Shown: piece by piece, positions 1 through 14,244 of the stretch
Layout of the letters: each line of letters starts with the position of its first letter
How positions within the stretch are numbered: position 1 is the first letter of the stretch
Source of the DNA: Tubiluchus corallicola
Lineage: Eukaryota; Animalia; Priapulida
NCBI GenBank assembly: GCA_030141605.1
Contig: JAQGDQ010000725.1
Span: forward strand, 1-64,000
DNA: 64,000 nucleotides
Direction: 5' to 3'
Made by a program: the position numbers and the translations under genes
Notes under the pieces: model-generated
What the model saw: the letters and a program-made list of their open reading frames with translations, nothing else
What the model was told of the DNA's origin: nothing
Databases searched by the model: none

Positions 1-108
1 CGAGGATCCGGGAGCTTTCCTACTTTCTTTCGCCCAGGAGATGCTGAGATAGACGCCTCTCCTCGTGCATCACTTACTGAACTCCAACGTTCTGCAAACT
101 ACCACTAA
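1..108 (+). CDS. Possible 3' end of a coding exon (RGSGSFPTFFRPGDAEIDASPRASLTELQRSANYH*), truncated by the window edge
   Basis: GC-richer than flank; frame 1 open from base 1 to TAA at 106-108, then AT-rich UTR-like DNA with AATAAA near 202. No family recognised. Confidence 0.2.
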   Translation, partial: RGSGSFPTFFRPGDAEIDASPRASLTELQRSANYH

Positions 109-1106
109 AATGGCGGGTGGAGAACTTCAAAAAGGTACTAAATTAACATATGTTTCTGATTACGTAAACGTAATTGTTTATATTTAGTGTATAAATTATT
201 AATAAAGTGTATATTTGGTTGGATAGAATTATAAACACCAGTAGTTTATACTGTAGGTTTATTATTTCACAACCTTCCCCAACTGAATAACAGTCGTCTA
301 GCTTGTATGAAGTAAGTTTGGTTTTATTAATGTTTAATTTCTTCACCTATCAATTTTTTACGTATCGATAAAATTAGTGTTGTATGATCACGTTTGTAGT
401 AATAATCTATTATAATAAGAAATTTATTATCATTTCGTGAAAAATTAAAAACTTATAAAGCTCTCATTGAAAGATATTAGTGAATATTTTCTGATAATTA
501 ATTGAATACGTGCACTATTATTATTCAGACAGTTTTTGAGCCTAAATATATTATTATACACCTACACTAGACCTCTTTCAAGAAGAAAATATTGTTATTT
601 TCATAATTTCATGAATGTTGTAACATGAAGAAAGCCTGGGCAGGTTGTTTATTTGTTTATAAATTAATTAATTACTCATTAATAATGAATATCAATTTTT
701 CATTTAATTTAAAAATATTAATTGATCAGTTTTATATGTTATTTGCTTTAGACAATCACGTATGTTTTAGTACCATACAATAAAAAAACAAAAACACGCT
801 CATACGTGCCTGGATGCAAAACTATACGTATGTATGAAATTATATGATTTCATAGAGCAATGATCTTCTAAAGTCTTTATTAATAAACCTTATTATGCTC
901 TATTTATTAACTTCGGTGCTTTGAAAGTAATTTTTATTGGAGCAATTAAATCTATTCATGTTCATTGCCGTTTAAATACACTTCATAAAGTTTACTGTTT
1001 TATGGACTAAATGTGTAAACAATCCCTCTGTAATGATAAACCAATATTTTCCATGTAGAAATATGCCGTAAATAAAAATGTTATTTTGCTTTAATTTAAT
1101 TTGTTA

Positions 1107-1264
<158 letters not shown>

Positions 1265-1422
1265 TTTATTTCAGACATTTACAGTCCACAGAATAATAAC
1301 AAAAATAAAGAAAAAAAGGAAAAGTACAGAGTTAGTTTACAGAAACATAGTAAGCTTATATACAAGAAAGGGTTAGTTAGAATGGGTAAATAAAATTCTT
1401 TGCCAAGACTAAAAATGGTTGA

Positions 1423-1790
1423 TCTAAAAATTGTATTAGTATTGTACAGCAAGTTATTAATAACACAGTATACAGAGTAAAATACAGCCTACTTTTGAGA
1501 CTAAACACAGCTTTCCTACGTATACAGGCAAAACTTGGTAAATTGTATCTAAAATTATATCAGTATTGTACAGCAATTTAATCATAACAGTATTCTGACT
1601 CAAGGATAGCCTGCTACTTCTGAGACTAAACACAGCTTTCCTACGTATGAAGGAAAAACTTGGTACATTGTATCTAAAAATTGTATCAGTATTGTACAAC
1701 AAGTTATTAATAACAGTATTCTGATTCAAAAACAGCCTACTTCTGAGACTAAACCCGGCTTTCCTACGTATACAGGAAAAACTTGGTACT
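1423..1790. repeat. Tandem triplication of ~120-125 bp inside the LINE C-terminal coding region
   Basis: Three copies of ctaaaaattgtat.agtattgtaca.caa...gagactaaac.c.gctttcctacgtat..agg.aaaacttggta. Confidence 0.9.
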
Positions 1791-4700
1791 TTGTAGCTAA
1801 CATACTTTTGGCTTGCACTACAACGACTAGGAAGATTAAAGAGTCCTCTAGTGGCATTATTATAAGTAATTCCCATTGTTTCAATATTCCCTTTATCGTG
1901 ATGAAACCAGAAACTATTGCAATAAAACTGTGTACAAAGTACTACAAAATGTCTTCTCTTAACATCAACAGAACAGTTTTTGAATCTCCTAATAATACAA
2001 TTGGCTCTCACGCATAATAAACCACGTTGATACTTACTAATTGCATGTAACATTATTTCTCTATGATGTTATTAAGCTTTAATTCGTCTAATATGAAGTA
2101 CACGTACAAGAATCTCTCTAATGTTATACTAAATCAGAATATAATTGTCTGCTATGTATATTATATACGCCTATAGGCATGAATAGAAACTGAATATTTC
2201 AGCCAAAAATTAATGATTATTGTTTAATATCGTAAATAGTAAAAACAGCATTGAGTGAAATATTAAAGGTGACGATAGTGATTTTTTTATTTCTAATTAA
2301 CACGTAATTAATTTAAACTTAATTCTTTAGTAACCATGCAAATATTAAGAGGCTTACAACACTTAAGTATTTATTTCTACTATATATTTTCGAAAAAGAC
2401 CTGATTCTGATTCGAACCTGCATATACCTAGATTTCACATTCGGTAGTCACAGTAAGAAAACTGAACGGCATATCTTTTATTCACAAATAAATTTACGAA
2501 TTTGGAGTCTTATATTACGAGCGAAATAAAAACATTTCGTCTTCGCAAAAGAGAATGGCAGTTAATTAATTTGAAAAAACGAGTAGTTTTTCCGCTTGTA
2601 AATTTATAATTTCAAAATTTGTTATTTCAATTTTTAATCGTTTCCGAAAACATGAGTGTTGAAATCTAGCAATTAAACTGACGGTCAAGTAAAGGACTAA
2701 CTGACCAAAAATAATATTTGTAGCGCGTTTTTGCGTATCTTTCAAAATTACTTGTCGAGGTGAACCGAGGTAAGCTTTCTACGAAAAAGCAGTTGTGTAA
2801 TTAACGTAATTAACCTAATGAACCTAATGAACCATAGATGCTATCAAACTGTACGCACATTAGATGACATGTAAAACCTGTGTCCTAACTACCCCAAGGC
2901 TATCAACAACCGAAAGACCTAAAGGGCGTATAGTTTTTTTAGTTTATTATTATTATCACATTCAGTACAATATAATGACATTAAGCACACAGTGACATCG
3001 AATGTCTATTACATCTATTATTACATCTATTATTAATGTCTATTATTACATCTACTGTGTTAAATTGTTATGTTTCATACACTATCGTTATCATAAAAGA
3101 ATAATTGTACTGCAGTGGTCTAGGGAAGCAAAGGCTTCTATAAGCCCACTATGTAAACCCGATAAAAAGAGAATGGATGAGTAAAAAAAGAACTGGGAGA
3201 AAGGTTAGATCACACAGGAAGGGTAGAAGGATGTGTTAGTGGAAATGCTAGGAAGAAAGATAATAGATTGTGCTATGTTGACATCAACTCTAAAGATTTT
3301 GTGCACAACTATTCCTGAAATTGTGCTATACTAATGATCCCAAAATTTACTCACACGGAATATTTCAGTGCAAAACTGTATCTATTTGGTTAAATATTTG
3401 CTTAAAAATAAAATATCAGAATCGTGTACAGATTTCTAGGAAATATTCAAAATTTTGTGGACCTGTTCTCCAGTTCTGTACGGATTTATCATTACTTTGT
3501 CTTTACTAACGACTACTCGTCATTGAGGCTGCCTCTGATGAAGATGAAAATCCACACGTCCTGCTCTTGAAAGTATCTAATTCTTGTGTCTATGGGCTCA
3601 AATTACCCATGCCATGTGTCCAAATGACTTTTAGTAATCCATGTACACAAAATACATTGTGTCCAAGTAATTATTTAATCAAAATACCTCCGTCAAAGTA
3701 ACCTGTGTCCAAAAGAGAGAACGCCCAAGTTTCGTATGTGCCCTAGACTCCTGTGCCCAAGCGTTTTGTGGCAAGGCGTCTTTTGTCCAAGTGTGCAGTG
3801 ATCTACAGCAAAAAATGAAATATTTTGGGTCAGTATATAGGTTTAATAGCTCAAGTGGCAAACCACGAAAAAGAAAACAAATATACTTGTCTTTAGCATG
3901 TGCAGTTTAAATACGATATGATATTTTGTTACTAAATAGCATTACCTATGTAAAAATTGGTTACCTGCCTCAGCATTCTAAGGGCCTACCAATATTTGGG
4001 GCCTAAGGCCATAGCCTTAACCTAGTGGTTAATCGGCCCCTGTAGGTCTTACACTGGGACCAAGTACTCAGTTTTAATTTCAGTTTGCAACTATAGGGGG
4101 CTCAGGTATCAGGAGGCAAAAGAACCAAGGGGCAAACGTTTGTAGACCAATTAATGCCAAGACTGACTATCCCGTACTTTTAATACGTCAGCTGGCGTTG
4201 GAAGGCAAGAATTTTCTTGAGTCAGTAACTGTATTTGGCTGCACAAATTACTCAAACTGAGTAGGAGAAGCTGAGTCACTTTTGATTCTCATCGAACTAT
4301 GCAAAGTACATGCGATCAAAATTATCAATGGAATATGGTTGAAGTTTCCTAAGCTCGGTTACTCAGTTGTTGTCAGGATATTCAACTGAAGAAGCTCAGT
4401 CTGAGTATGAAAGTACTCAATTTAAAGCCTTCTCAAATTTGCCGAAGCTGCTTGAACTGCTGAGTATAATTCTCTTGTCTCTGGTTGTTTTAAATACTTA
4501 ACTACCTATTTCCTTCGCCTTGATAAGTCGACTAAGATTTGCATTTTAAACAACTTTACAATTTCACCTTATAAACTATTTATGACTTGGCTAATTTGCA
4601 CAAAGTCTTTCAAAATGATGCAAACGCAACTGTCTGGACAAGTAATTTATTGTCCTGTAAGGGCCTAGGGCCATATGGCGCCTTATTGACTAGCCCCTTT

Positions 4701-4996
4701 GCAGCTGAGGGAAGACGCAAATGATAATGGGCGTAATTCATAAACTTTTTGCATAAATAATTTTGTGAGTGAAACATCTACAAAATTGTTTGGGCTAATT
4801 AAACAAATTTTTCTGTGGGTAAACTAGTGTACATAGTAATTAAGGTCAGTTTTAGGGCAATTTTTGGAGTAAAAGTAGAATATGAAATAAAGAATAAGAT
4901 AAAAAATGTGCGATAGTTTTGGTGTCCTTGTGGAAACAACAACATTTTGGAATTTGTATTATTTTTGAAATACTTTGGCATCTATTTTGACCACAC

Positions 4997-5180
4997 CCTC
5001 ACCCTCCAGGGGGCCTCGCGCCAAGGTAACATTTTTTTGCTTTATGCGAACATACTTCCTCCTCTCTTCCTCCTTGCCGCACGCCAGTATTGCCAGTATT
5101 GACAAGTATTAAGGACTGGTCTTGAGAATAAAGCAGTTTTTCTTTCAATTGTTCTTTCCTTTAACAACTGTTTCACTCCA
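4997..5180 (+). mobile_element. Internal fragment of the hAT-like MITE seen intact at 13477-13994
   Basis: Near-identical to 13523-13845 (cctcaccctccagggggcctcgcgccaaggtaacattttttt...gtattgacaagtattaaggactggtctt) but without the (CT)n expansion. Confidence 0.85.
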
Positions 5181-5185
5181 TATTC

Positions 5186-5442
5186 ACTGCTGCTGTTGCT
5201 GTTGCTGTTACCATCACTGCTGCCACTGCCGCCCAAACCACCAAAACCATCATTATCGCTGCTGAAGCTACTGCCGCCGCCACAACAATGGCAGCATGTT
5301 GCCGTTGTTGTTGCTGCTGCTGGTGCTGGTGTTGCCGTTGCTGCTGCTGCTGTTGTTGCTCTTGTAGTAGTAGTTGTCGTCGTCGTCGTTGTTGTTGTTG
5401 CTGTTGCTGCTGCAGTTACTGCTGCTACTACTACTGCTACTG

Positions 5443-5536
<94 letters not shown>

Positions 5537-5635
5537 TATAATGTGTTTAAAATATCATATTTACACGTAAATTGCAATTTGCTACCACTAACGCTACCAC
5601 TACTACTACCACTACCACTAAACTACTGCTACTAA
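5186..5635. repeat. Compound microsatellite (CTG/GTT/CTA/GAC/CTACCA)
   Basis: Consecutive trinucleotide runs. Confidence 0.95.
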
Positions 5636-7765
5636 CATAACGTATTGTACGTGATTAACTGCCTATTATTATATAGAATTATCAAATTCTTAGACAGATA
5701 TTAATGGTCATCATTTCATACCTTGTACAGCTGACCTAGTCGGGCTCTTTGATGATAGCGTACCACGCACCTGGATTAATTCGTCTTTTTTATCTGATAA
5801 AGGGGTTCATCTCCTCACATAAAAATATTATGGCGTCATATAATAGAACTTCTGACTACAGCTCAAAGGGTAATTGTTGAATGCAGCCTGTATCTGTATT
5901 TGTTGTGATGGTTAAGACTTCCTTGTTTAGCGAGTTATAGAATTTTGCTGCTGTTTTGCGCGAGATACAGTGAGACCTAAACACGTAGACCTAAAGATAA
6001 AGCCTTTCTTTGATTTACAGTAAGTAATATAAGACGTCTATAGCATGTGATTGTTCGACAGTTTCTGCGTTTGAACTTGAACAATGATGGAGCTTGATTT
6101 GATTTGGGTTTAGAGTGAAAAAGACTATTTACTTTTCCACACAAGTAACTATAATTCAATGCATTGTTATTTGTATCATGATAAATATGCAGAAGTTAGT
6201 TAGTCAGTTAGTTTATTGACTATAAATCTACATAATTCGAGACACATACGCTATAATATTGGGTAACCAGAAAAAACTATAGTTTAAAAAGACGTTGGCA
6301 AAATGACACATCGAGAACAACAAAGATAAAATGAATGCAATGTACTATATAGTTAAGCACCGCAATTATGTGCTTATGTATTTCTGTCATAAGAAGTACA
6401 ATACTATAGATAGCAAGCCTGCGAATAATTTCTATTTTCTAATCGTATACTGGTAGAAACTTTATGAATTTCATTTTTGTTTGGCGAAAGACGGTGGCCT
6501 AGACTCAAAATAACATTACTCAATCCGTAAGTAACTTCAACACATCTAATTAATTTTAAACGTGTGTTCGTTTGTTACATGTAGGATAGTCATTTACAGA
6601 CTGGGAAAAAATAGCAAAAAGTTAATTAAACTCATTCACAGTAATTACGTTTTTAAATGGGAAATATTTCAAGGCAGGCACAGGTTCACTTCTCAATGCA
6701 TGCATATTTCTTAGCTAGATCTAGGCCCTAACTATAAACTGAAGATGCATGTAGTCGCTGTGGATGTTTTGAAACAGTGATCCGAACTTTATAGTAAGAA
6801 AGCATGACAAATGAAAAAAAATTCAAGTTGCCCCAAACCCTTTAATTTATGTATTCGTTTTATGCCTTTCTTAAAGCTTCTTGAATTCGCATTATTACAA
6901 ATGTTGTACAACCCTCTCTTGGATCCGCCTCGCCCCGTGGGCGAATCATTTGCCTGGCATTTCTAATGTGGACGTCAATTATAAACAGTTTATCCATAAG
7001 TTATAAACAGAAAGCGCGTGTTTTTTGGTGGGCTGCTTTGCTGTCGAGAAAACTCACCAGACTTCGTTTGCTTTACGCAGCGCTAAACGGCGGTAATAAA
7101 TTCCTGTCGTAATTTCGTATCGAGTCAATTAAGTTGGGTTCGTAAAACGTTGGTTTAATGTTGAGATGGTCCCCTGATGGGGAAGCTGGATTGGCCAGTA
7201 TGTTGCTTAAATGATTATTCATTTTCACCTTAGCTGCAACAGCCCTGGTACAGCAGCTGGAGAGGATGATTTTATTGCTTGCCGTGTGAGTATAAAGTAA
7301 TTACAGTTTAGATGTCATCCTCTAGCGGTAAACTATAGTGATTTGTGATCGGTTGCTAAGTTACCGGCATGGTGGGGTTAGGAGAGGATGTACGCTACCT
7401 GACGCTGAAATCCGTTTACAAATGCAATAGTTACACGTCACATTTTTGTGTAATATATCGTGTAAACGAAATTGTGCCACTTTTCAGTACGTGTGTGTTC
7501 TCTGGTTTATTCGCATCGACGTTTATTCGACCCGCCATTTTGTTGTTATAGTTTATAGAACATGGCGGACAGACGAGACTCAGTAGTAAAGCTACACGCA
7601 CGAGCTTCCATGCAACTGAATTCTAGCGTCAATACTTTTAAGAATATTGCTTGCCATGGGTGTTGCCAATAGGCTAACATTGGTGGAAAACATTTCGCTG
7701 CTCAATAATTCGTTGACCCGTACGTTTCCGAAACGAATTTAATTAAATTATTTTTCTCTTTACAG

Positions 7766-7803
7766 GTGGAGTTTGTTGGTCATGGCGATCGTAAAAAAAC
7801 AGG
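7766..7803 (+). other. Candidate small exon of a spliced transcript
   Basis: Strong acceptor tttttctctttacag| at 7765 and donor |gtatgt at 7804; contains catggcg start-like context. Confidence 0.35.
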
Positions 7804-9106
7804 GTATGTGGTCGAGAGAACAGCAAATATACCCTATTTAGCTACACCGACAGCGTTGCATAGCAACTAGTTTATTTCATTGCAAAACTGAAAAGGTATT
7901 ACAGTAGTTACTAAAACTTAGACCTAGTAAGAGTTGATCTGTTTGTTTACCATATTATTTTATGCCTTAGTTTGTTAGTTTGCTAAACAATTCAATTCAA
8001 TTAAATTTCAATTCAATTTCAATTTATTTATCTCTTTATAGTGTTACAATAAAACATGATTAATAAAAGAATCTCTAATAAGTTTTGAAAAATGGCTGAA
8101 ATGTATAGATAGATCTAGAACTAGAGAAAGGACAGCAAAGAGACTATAAAGTCATGTAGGCTGCTATCCTTAATTCTATATCTTAATTATGACTGTGCGC
8201 CATTAATCTTCACGCAAACTACAAATGATAAAAAGTAGCCTCCCACATGAGTAGCTTAGCGAGGAAATTGTTTATTTTCAAAGATATAAAATTTGGATAA
8301 TATCGTAAGCACAATTAATATATAACCAAAAAGCCTCTTGTTTAAGAAAATGAAGAATTTTGTTTGCCGAACAAACAATGAATAACATTAAAGTTAAAAA
8401 TATTTATATTTAATTTCATTAAAAATTTGCCAATTATGCAACTCAAATTTGACAATTGTTGTGTAAAAATTAATCGAAGGTTGCTAAATTATTTGGGAAG
8501 CTTATCAGTAGATGGTGCCACTTATCTTTTTATAGTAATAGTATAAGAAAGCATTAACAATGAGAGTGCCAGTGTATTGTTTAACCAGTGAGATGAGTAA
8601 ATATTCAAAATTATTCATTGTTTGTGCAACCTTCATATTAACATTGTTAAAGTTTGCTATAAATACATGGCCAAGGAGAGCAGTAAAATCTGATGGCTTC
8701 GTTGATGATGTCTGATGTAAATTACTTTACATATGTTTTTTTTTGAAAATGTGTCCTTTGTACACATATAACCGCGAGTATGAGGTATTTTTGTTCTTAT
8801 CAAACCAGGTAGCAGACCAGCATTTGGTGGGGATACCCACGAGTTTCTAACAGGCTCCCATGAACCAGACCCCACCTCTACCCCCAGCGTGATTTCAATT
8901 ACAATGTTTTAAAATTGACAAAGGCAAAATGTACATAATAACTTTGAGATAATTAATTTTTGGCAAGTGCAAAGTTACTACTAAACCATACTTTACTACT
9001 CGCGTTTCTTATTTGATGTCACTAACTAGTTCCACTTATAATAATAATTTGTTTCCTATAAAATAGAATGGAAAAATCCATGTCTTCTCTTGGATTCTCT
9101 TTACAG

Positions 9107-9155
9107 ATGGAGAATCTAACCAGTTTCCCATGCTCCACCTTTCCAATTACATAAG
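9107..9155 (+). other. Candidate small exon
   Basis: Acceptor ttggattctctttacag| and weak donor aag|gtgcc. Confidence 0.25.
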
Positions 9156-9307
9156 GTGCCTAGAGGTTTACCATAAATACCTTGTGTCCATCCGGGTAGA
9201 TTGCTCTGCAAATGTAGCTTTAGTTTGGTGAATTTGTCATGGTGTGCCTTTTCCTAAGTCTTGAAATGAGGGATATAGAGTGTGTTAGTATAATCTTTCC
9301 TTTACAG

Positions 9308-10309
9308 GTGCTATTGATGACCTTGCTTGAAACTCTGGAGAGAAAAGGATTGGGTGACTGTGTCTGGATGACTCCTAGGATAACAGTTAGAAAAAGGAGT
9401 TGTCAAGGTTTTCTCCAGATATACCAGCAAGTTCTGGAAGGAATGAGATTATCCTTGAAGCACCCTGAAGGAAACAGATTCTCCCCAGAGTACCCCGAAG
9501 GAAACAGATTCTCAACAGAGTACCCTAATGGAAGCAGATTCTCCCCAGAGTACCCTAAAGGAAACAGATTCTCCACGGAGTACCCTAAAGGAAGCAGATT
9601 CTCCATGGAGTACCCTAAAGGAAACAGATTCTCCATGGAGTACCGTGAAGGAAACAGATTCTCCATGGAGTACCCTAAAGGAAACAGATTCTCCACAGAG
9701 TACCCTGAAGGAAACAGATTCTCAACAGAGTACCCTAAAGGAAACAGATTCTCCACGGAGTACCCTAAAGGAAGCAGATTCTCCATGGAGTACCCTAAAG
9801 GAAACACCCTAAAGGAAGCAGATTCTCCATGGAGTACCCTAAAGGAAACAGATTCTCCACGGAGTACCCTGAAGGAAACGGATTCTCCACGGAGTACCCT
9901 GAAGGAAACGGATTCTCCACGGAGTACCCTGAAGGAAACGGATTCTCCACGGAGTACCCTGAAGGAAACAGATTCTCAACAGAGTACCCTGAAGGAAACG
10001 GATTCTCCATGGAGTACCCCGAAGGAAACAGATTCTCAACAGAGTACCCTGAAGGAAACGGATTCTCCATGGAGTACCCTGAAGGAAACAGATTCTCCAC
10101 GGAGTACCCTGAAGGAAACAGATTCTCCCCAGAGTACCCTGAAGGAAACAGATTCTCCACAGAGTACCCTGAAGGAAACGGATTCTCAACAGAGTACCCT
10201 GAAGGAAACAGATTCTCCACGGAGTACCCTGAAGGAAACAGATTCTCCCCAGAGTACCCTGTAGATCCGGGTTACTGTTGCCATGGAATCCAGAAGCTCG
10301 TTTCTACAG
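9308..10309 (+). CDS. Candidate repeat-containing exon encoding (EYP[EK]G[NS][RG]FS[TMP])n, frameshifted at ~9805
   Basis: Acceptor tctttcctttacag| at 9307; open frame VLLMTLLETLERKGLG... runs into the decapeptide repeat; a 14-nt truncated unit shifts frame; the EYP frame resumes (ORF 9829..10326) to donor ctacag|gtattt at 10310. Confidence 0.3.
9461..10260. repeat. 30-bp minisatellite, ~26 copies (gagtaccctgaaggaaacagattctccacg)
   Basis: Tandem array seen directly; 10-aa periodicity in ORF track. Confidence 0.97.
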
Positions 10310-10592
10310 GTATTTTGGGGTTTTGATTTAAACTCACATCACTGCTGCTGCAGCTGAAGAAATAGCTAAAACTGATGCACATTTATACTGAAAACAACAA
10401 TAATTGCCTTTTTGACATACTGGATCTTCAACTTGTGTTGGGCAGTGATCTTCAACTATTTGTTAATTCAATTTTATATAGCAAATTTCACAGCAAGTAC
10501 ATTGTAATGTGTCCATGCATCATAAATTTGCCTTAACAAACAGCTAAACGTGGCCTGCGTGCAACTAAACATGGCTGCTGTAGATGTCTAAT

Positions 10593-10780
10593 GGTGCGTT
10601 CAGACTAGTGAGTTTTCACATCACGTAAACTCGCAGTTTCTTGCCAAGTAACTCACGAGCATGATCAAACAAAAGGCCAACTCGCCCTGACCATTTCCAA
10701 AAACTTGCCAAAGGTAACTCGCAAAGCAGTTCACACTTGCGAGTACACTCTTAGAAAGAACTAGCTAGTCTGAATGTGTC
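10593..10780. mobile_element. Small MITE with Harbinger-like TIRs
   Basis: ggtgcgttcagactag ... ctagtctgaatgtgtc imperfect inverted ends; flanks also inverted (tgtagatgt / acatctaca); internal actcgc/gcgagt motifs. Confidence 0.5.
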
Positions 10781-11737
10781 ATACATCTACAATGTGGTAT
10801 TTTCATGCCGAAACATTTATTCTGGATTTGATCAGACAAAACCATAGTCTTTTTACTGTTAGTAGCATTAATGTATTGATGATATAATTTACCACACAAA
10901 TTGATCACTCGAATCCTGTCTAATAGGTATCTTTAAAGTATAAATTATTAGATCCATTTTACACTTATCTGGCATTAAAGGCCAGTTAGTAAGGCTACTA
11001 TTCTGCAGAAAGGTATAGCATAATTAGTAATTACATCAGGTGGGGTGGGGGGGGGGGGGAGTTCTCGCAATGTGTGTGCATAGAGCACTACAAAAGATTA
11101 GACTGCTGTAAAACTCTAGAATAACTTAGCAGAGAAGAGCGGAAATTTAGGCACGCCATTTTCTCCCTTTTAACCACAAACAAGAGAGCTAACAACAGTA
11201 ATCTTTTGACGTGAAAATGTTGTAAGTCAAATTTCAATTCTAATCTAATTTGTTTACTTGGGGCAGTCACGTGGAGCACAATACGACAGTGTGCTTAACG
11301 CCGAAGTTGAGCAGAACTGATGCCGGTTAGTAAAGTGATGGGTGTTTCCTTGGAAGGAATTGCTTTATAAAGTTTTTTGCAAATTTCTATGTTATATTTT
11401 CTAAGTTTAAGTGACAACGGTGTAAAATAAGCCCAGCATGCTAAGTGACTTGTCCTTTCCTTTAACTTTCACAAATGTGTTTTGTTTAATGTTCAGTCCA
11501 GGTGCGCCAAAATTTATTACCATGCATACCATTAGAGCACGTGATGTGGAGGCAAAAACACCCTTCCCGTGTCGTACAGGTGACCTCTGAAACTTACTTG
11601 ATTGCTTGAAAAACATCTACAGACATAAGCAAACAGAATTAATTCGAATGTTATTTGACATTTCGGAATGACCGAAAAACACGTGGCGCCTGTCTATTAA
11701 TAATTGATGAAAGAAAGAACGAGTATTCATAATCACA

Positions 11738-12045
11738 TAGTAACTTTCTATCAGGCAATTTATTGTACAATTTGCATGGCACATTACATTAGTAACTTTC
11801 TATCAGGCAATTTATTGTACAATTTGCATGGCACATTACATTAGTAACTTTCTATCAGGCGATTTATTGTACAATTTGTGTGGCACATTACATTAGTAAC
11901 TTACTATCAGGCAATTTATTGTACAATTTGCATGGCACATTACATTAGTAACTTACTATCAGGCGATTTATTGTACAATTTGCATGGCACATTACATTAG
12001 TAACTTACTATCAGGCGATTTATTGTACAATTTGTATGGCACATT
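11738..12045. repeat. 52-bp minisatellite, ~6 copies
   Basis: Unit tagtaactttctatcaggcaatttattgtacaatttgcatggcacattacat. Confidence 0.95.
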
Positions 12046-12704
12046 GATGTATCATTAGTATTGTTATTATTATCATCATTTTTCTATTCAAATTAAAGTT
12101 ATTTGCATGCATACATGATGTGTCAATTTTGTAAAATTGTTTGATTTGGATGTCTTTAATTGTCGCTGAACCTATATGCACGTATTAATAATATTAACTG
12201 ATAACATTACCTGGAAAAACAGGCATCATATCTTAGAAATGGCTGACATTGTGTGAAGGTTGGACCATGCTGCCAAATGTCCTATGCATAACCTTTACCT
12301 ATGGTTTGGTAATCTACGTTGGTTCATTAGGTTGTCTTGCATCTGGCTAGAAACTAGCTATAAAAACTATTAAAATTGCATGTGTTCATTATATGTTAGT
12401 CATCATCGAGCCTCACTAATTATTTAAGAGTCTCAATTTAATTATTGCAATTGTTCATTTCCAGACAAATAGATTATTTTATAGTACACTCTCCGTGTGG
12501 AACTGGTCCTTGCACTAGGACTATGATATCTTCCTTGAAGCATTTATTGAGCTACCAATAAACGTATTTTCAAAATGAGATTTAAAGGTTTTCTTAAGGA
12601 GAATTAAGAAATACTCTAATTTATGAGTTTTTGGCAGTGGCCAGGCAGGATAGTACGCATGCGCTAAAGAATTTTACAAGAATATTAGTTTTTTAAATTC
12701 TTTA

Positions 12705-13030
12705 TGAACTATGAACTATGAACTATGAATTTTATTTCACACATCAAAAAATACAATATCAAACACATTAATAAACTTTAATTAAAATGATTTGAGTAGT
12801 GCGAGGTGAGTGTACGACCATACGGTCATTAACACACTCACCTTACTTAAATGAAAAAATGATTATAGTTATGCATGCTTCTGTAGATAACTTAATGTAA
12901 ATAAGGATGAAGTAAATGATGTAATAATAGCAACGGTGTAAGAGCAATAAACCTGAAAGTTGAGAAAGGAAAACATAATATGTAATTACGACTTTGAGTG
13001 AGCCTTAAAGAGTGGAATTTTTTTTAAATA
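12705..13030 (-). mobile_element. Short 3' remnant of a CR1/L2-type retroposon with a (TTCATAG)n tail
   Basis: (aactatg)n then ttttatt on +; hairpin ggtgagtgt...acactcacc at 12805-12842. Confidence 0.45.
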
Positions 13031-13191
13031 GTTACAAATATGAATTATGTGATAATTTGTCAATGTGCCACTTGCTTGTACTACAATGCACCATATTGCT
13101 TACTTGTATATACAGTGATATACATATACACATGTATGTACCAATTACAATAGGAACAACACCTGTTTCATAAACAATCCATTACGCGATA

Positions 13192-13347
13192 AATTTTATT
13201 AATTTTTTATGAGAAAAACTCAACACTTCTACTGCACACTAGCAGTAATCATCTGCGTGCCAGTATATTCTTTATATATTTTCTGACGATGACTGCTAGT
13301 GTGCAGTAGAAATGTGGAATTTTTCTCATAAACAATTAACAAAAGTT
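13192..13347. repeat. Foldback/hairpin element, ~55-60 bp arms
   Basis: ttatgagaaaaactcaacacttctactgcacactagcagt pairs with actgctagtgtgcagtagaaatgtggaattttctcataa. Confidence 0.85.
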
Positions 13348-13476
13348 ATAAGAATGTTCTTTGTTTTTTGAATACAACCAAGAGTCCCCATAAAATTTGC
13401 AGCATTAGAGTACATTCATTAGCAGCGTGTAATCATTAAGTTCGGCTACAATTACTCTCAAATGTGCTGACATACG

Positions 13477-13994
<518 letters not shown>

Positions 13995-14244
13995 GACATA
14001 CGTATTTTAACTTTGTCCATTCATTCTAACTTGTTGGTCATCAATTCTTAATGCATGCGAGAAATTTGCCCTGAAAATTTATGGCTAATCTTGCCTTATA
14101 CTAAAGCTAGTGGCGGTACTTTATTAGTAAGACTGACGTTATGATAAGAATGTCATGTGTTCGTGAATCTTCTGTTCTTAAGAGTATTCTACTCGAAAAT
14201 TCATGAGTTTATAAACATCTTCGGACGAGAGTAGTAAAATTCAT

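Noticed and set aside
110-134. Start exon MAGGELQK with donor gtacta
   Set aside because: Weak donor and no compatible downstream exon found.
2405-2450. B-box-like GGTTCGAATC on the minus strand
   Set aside because: No A box or cloverleaf; too short to call a tRNA or SINE.
3560-4480. Dispersed tgtgtccaa and actca/tgagt motifs
   Set aside because: Probably old transposon subterminal repeats, but termini and TSDs could not be defined.
9461-10260. Neuropeptide (RFamide) precursor reading of GNRFS repeats
   Set aside because: No amidation Gly or dibasic cleavage site after RF; no clear signal peptide.
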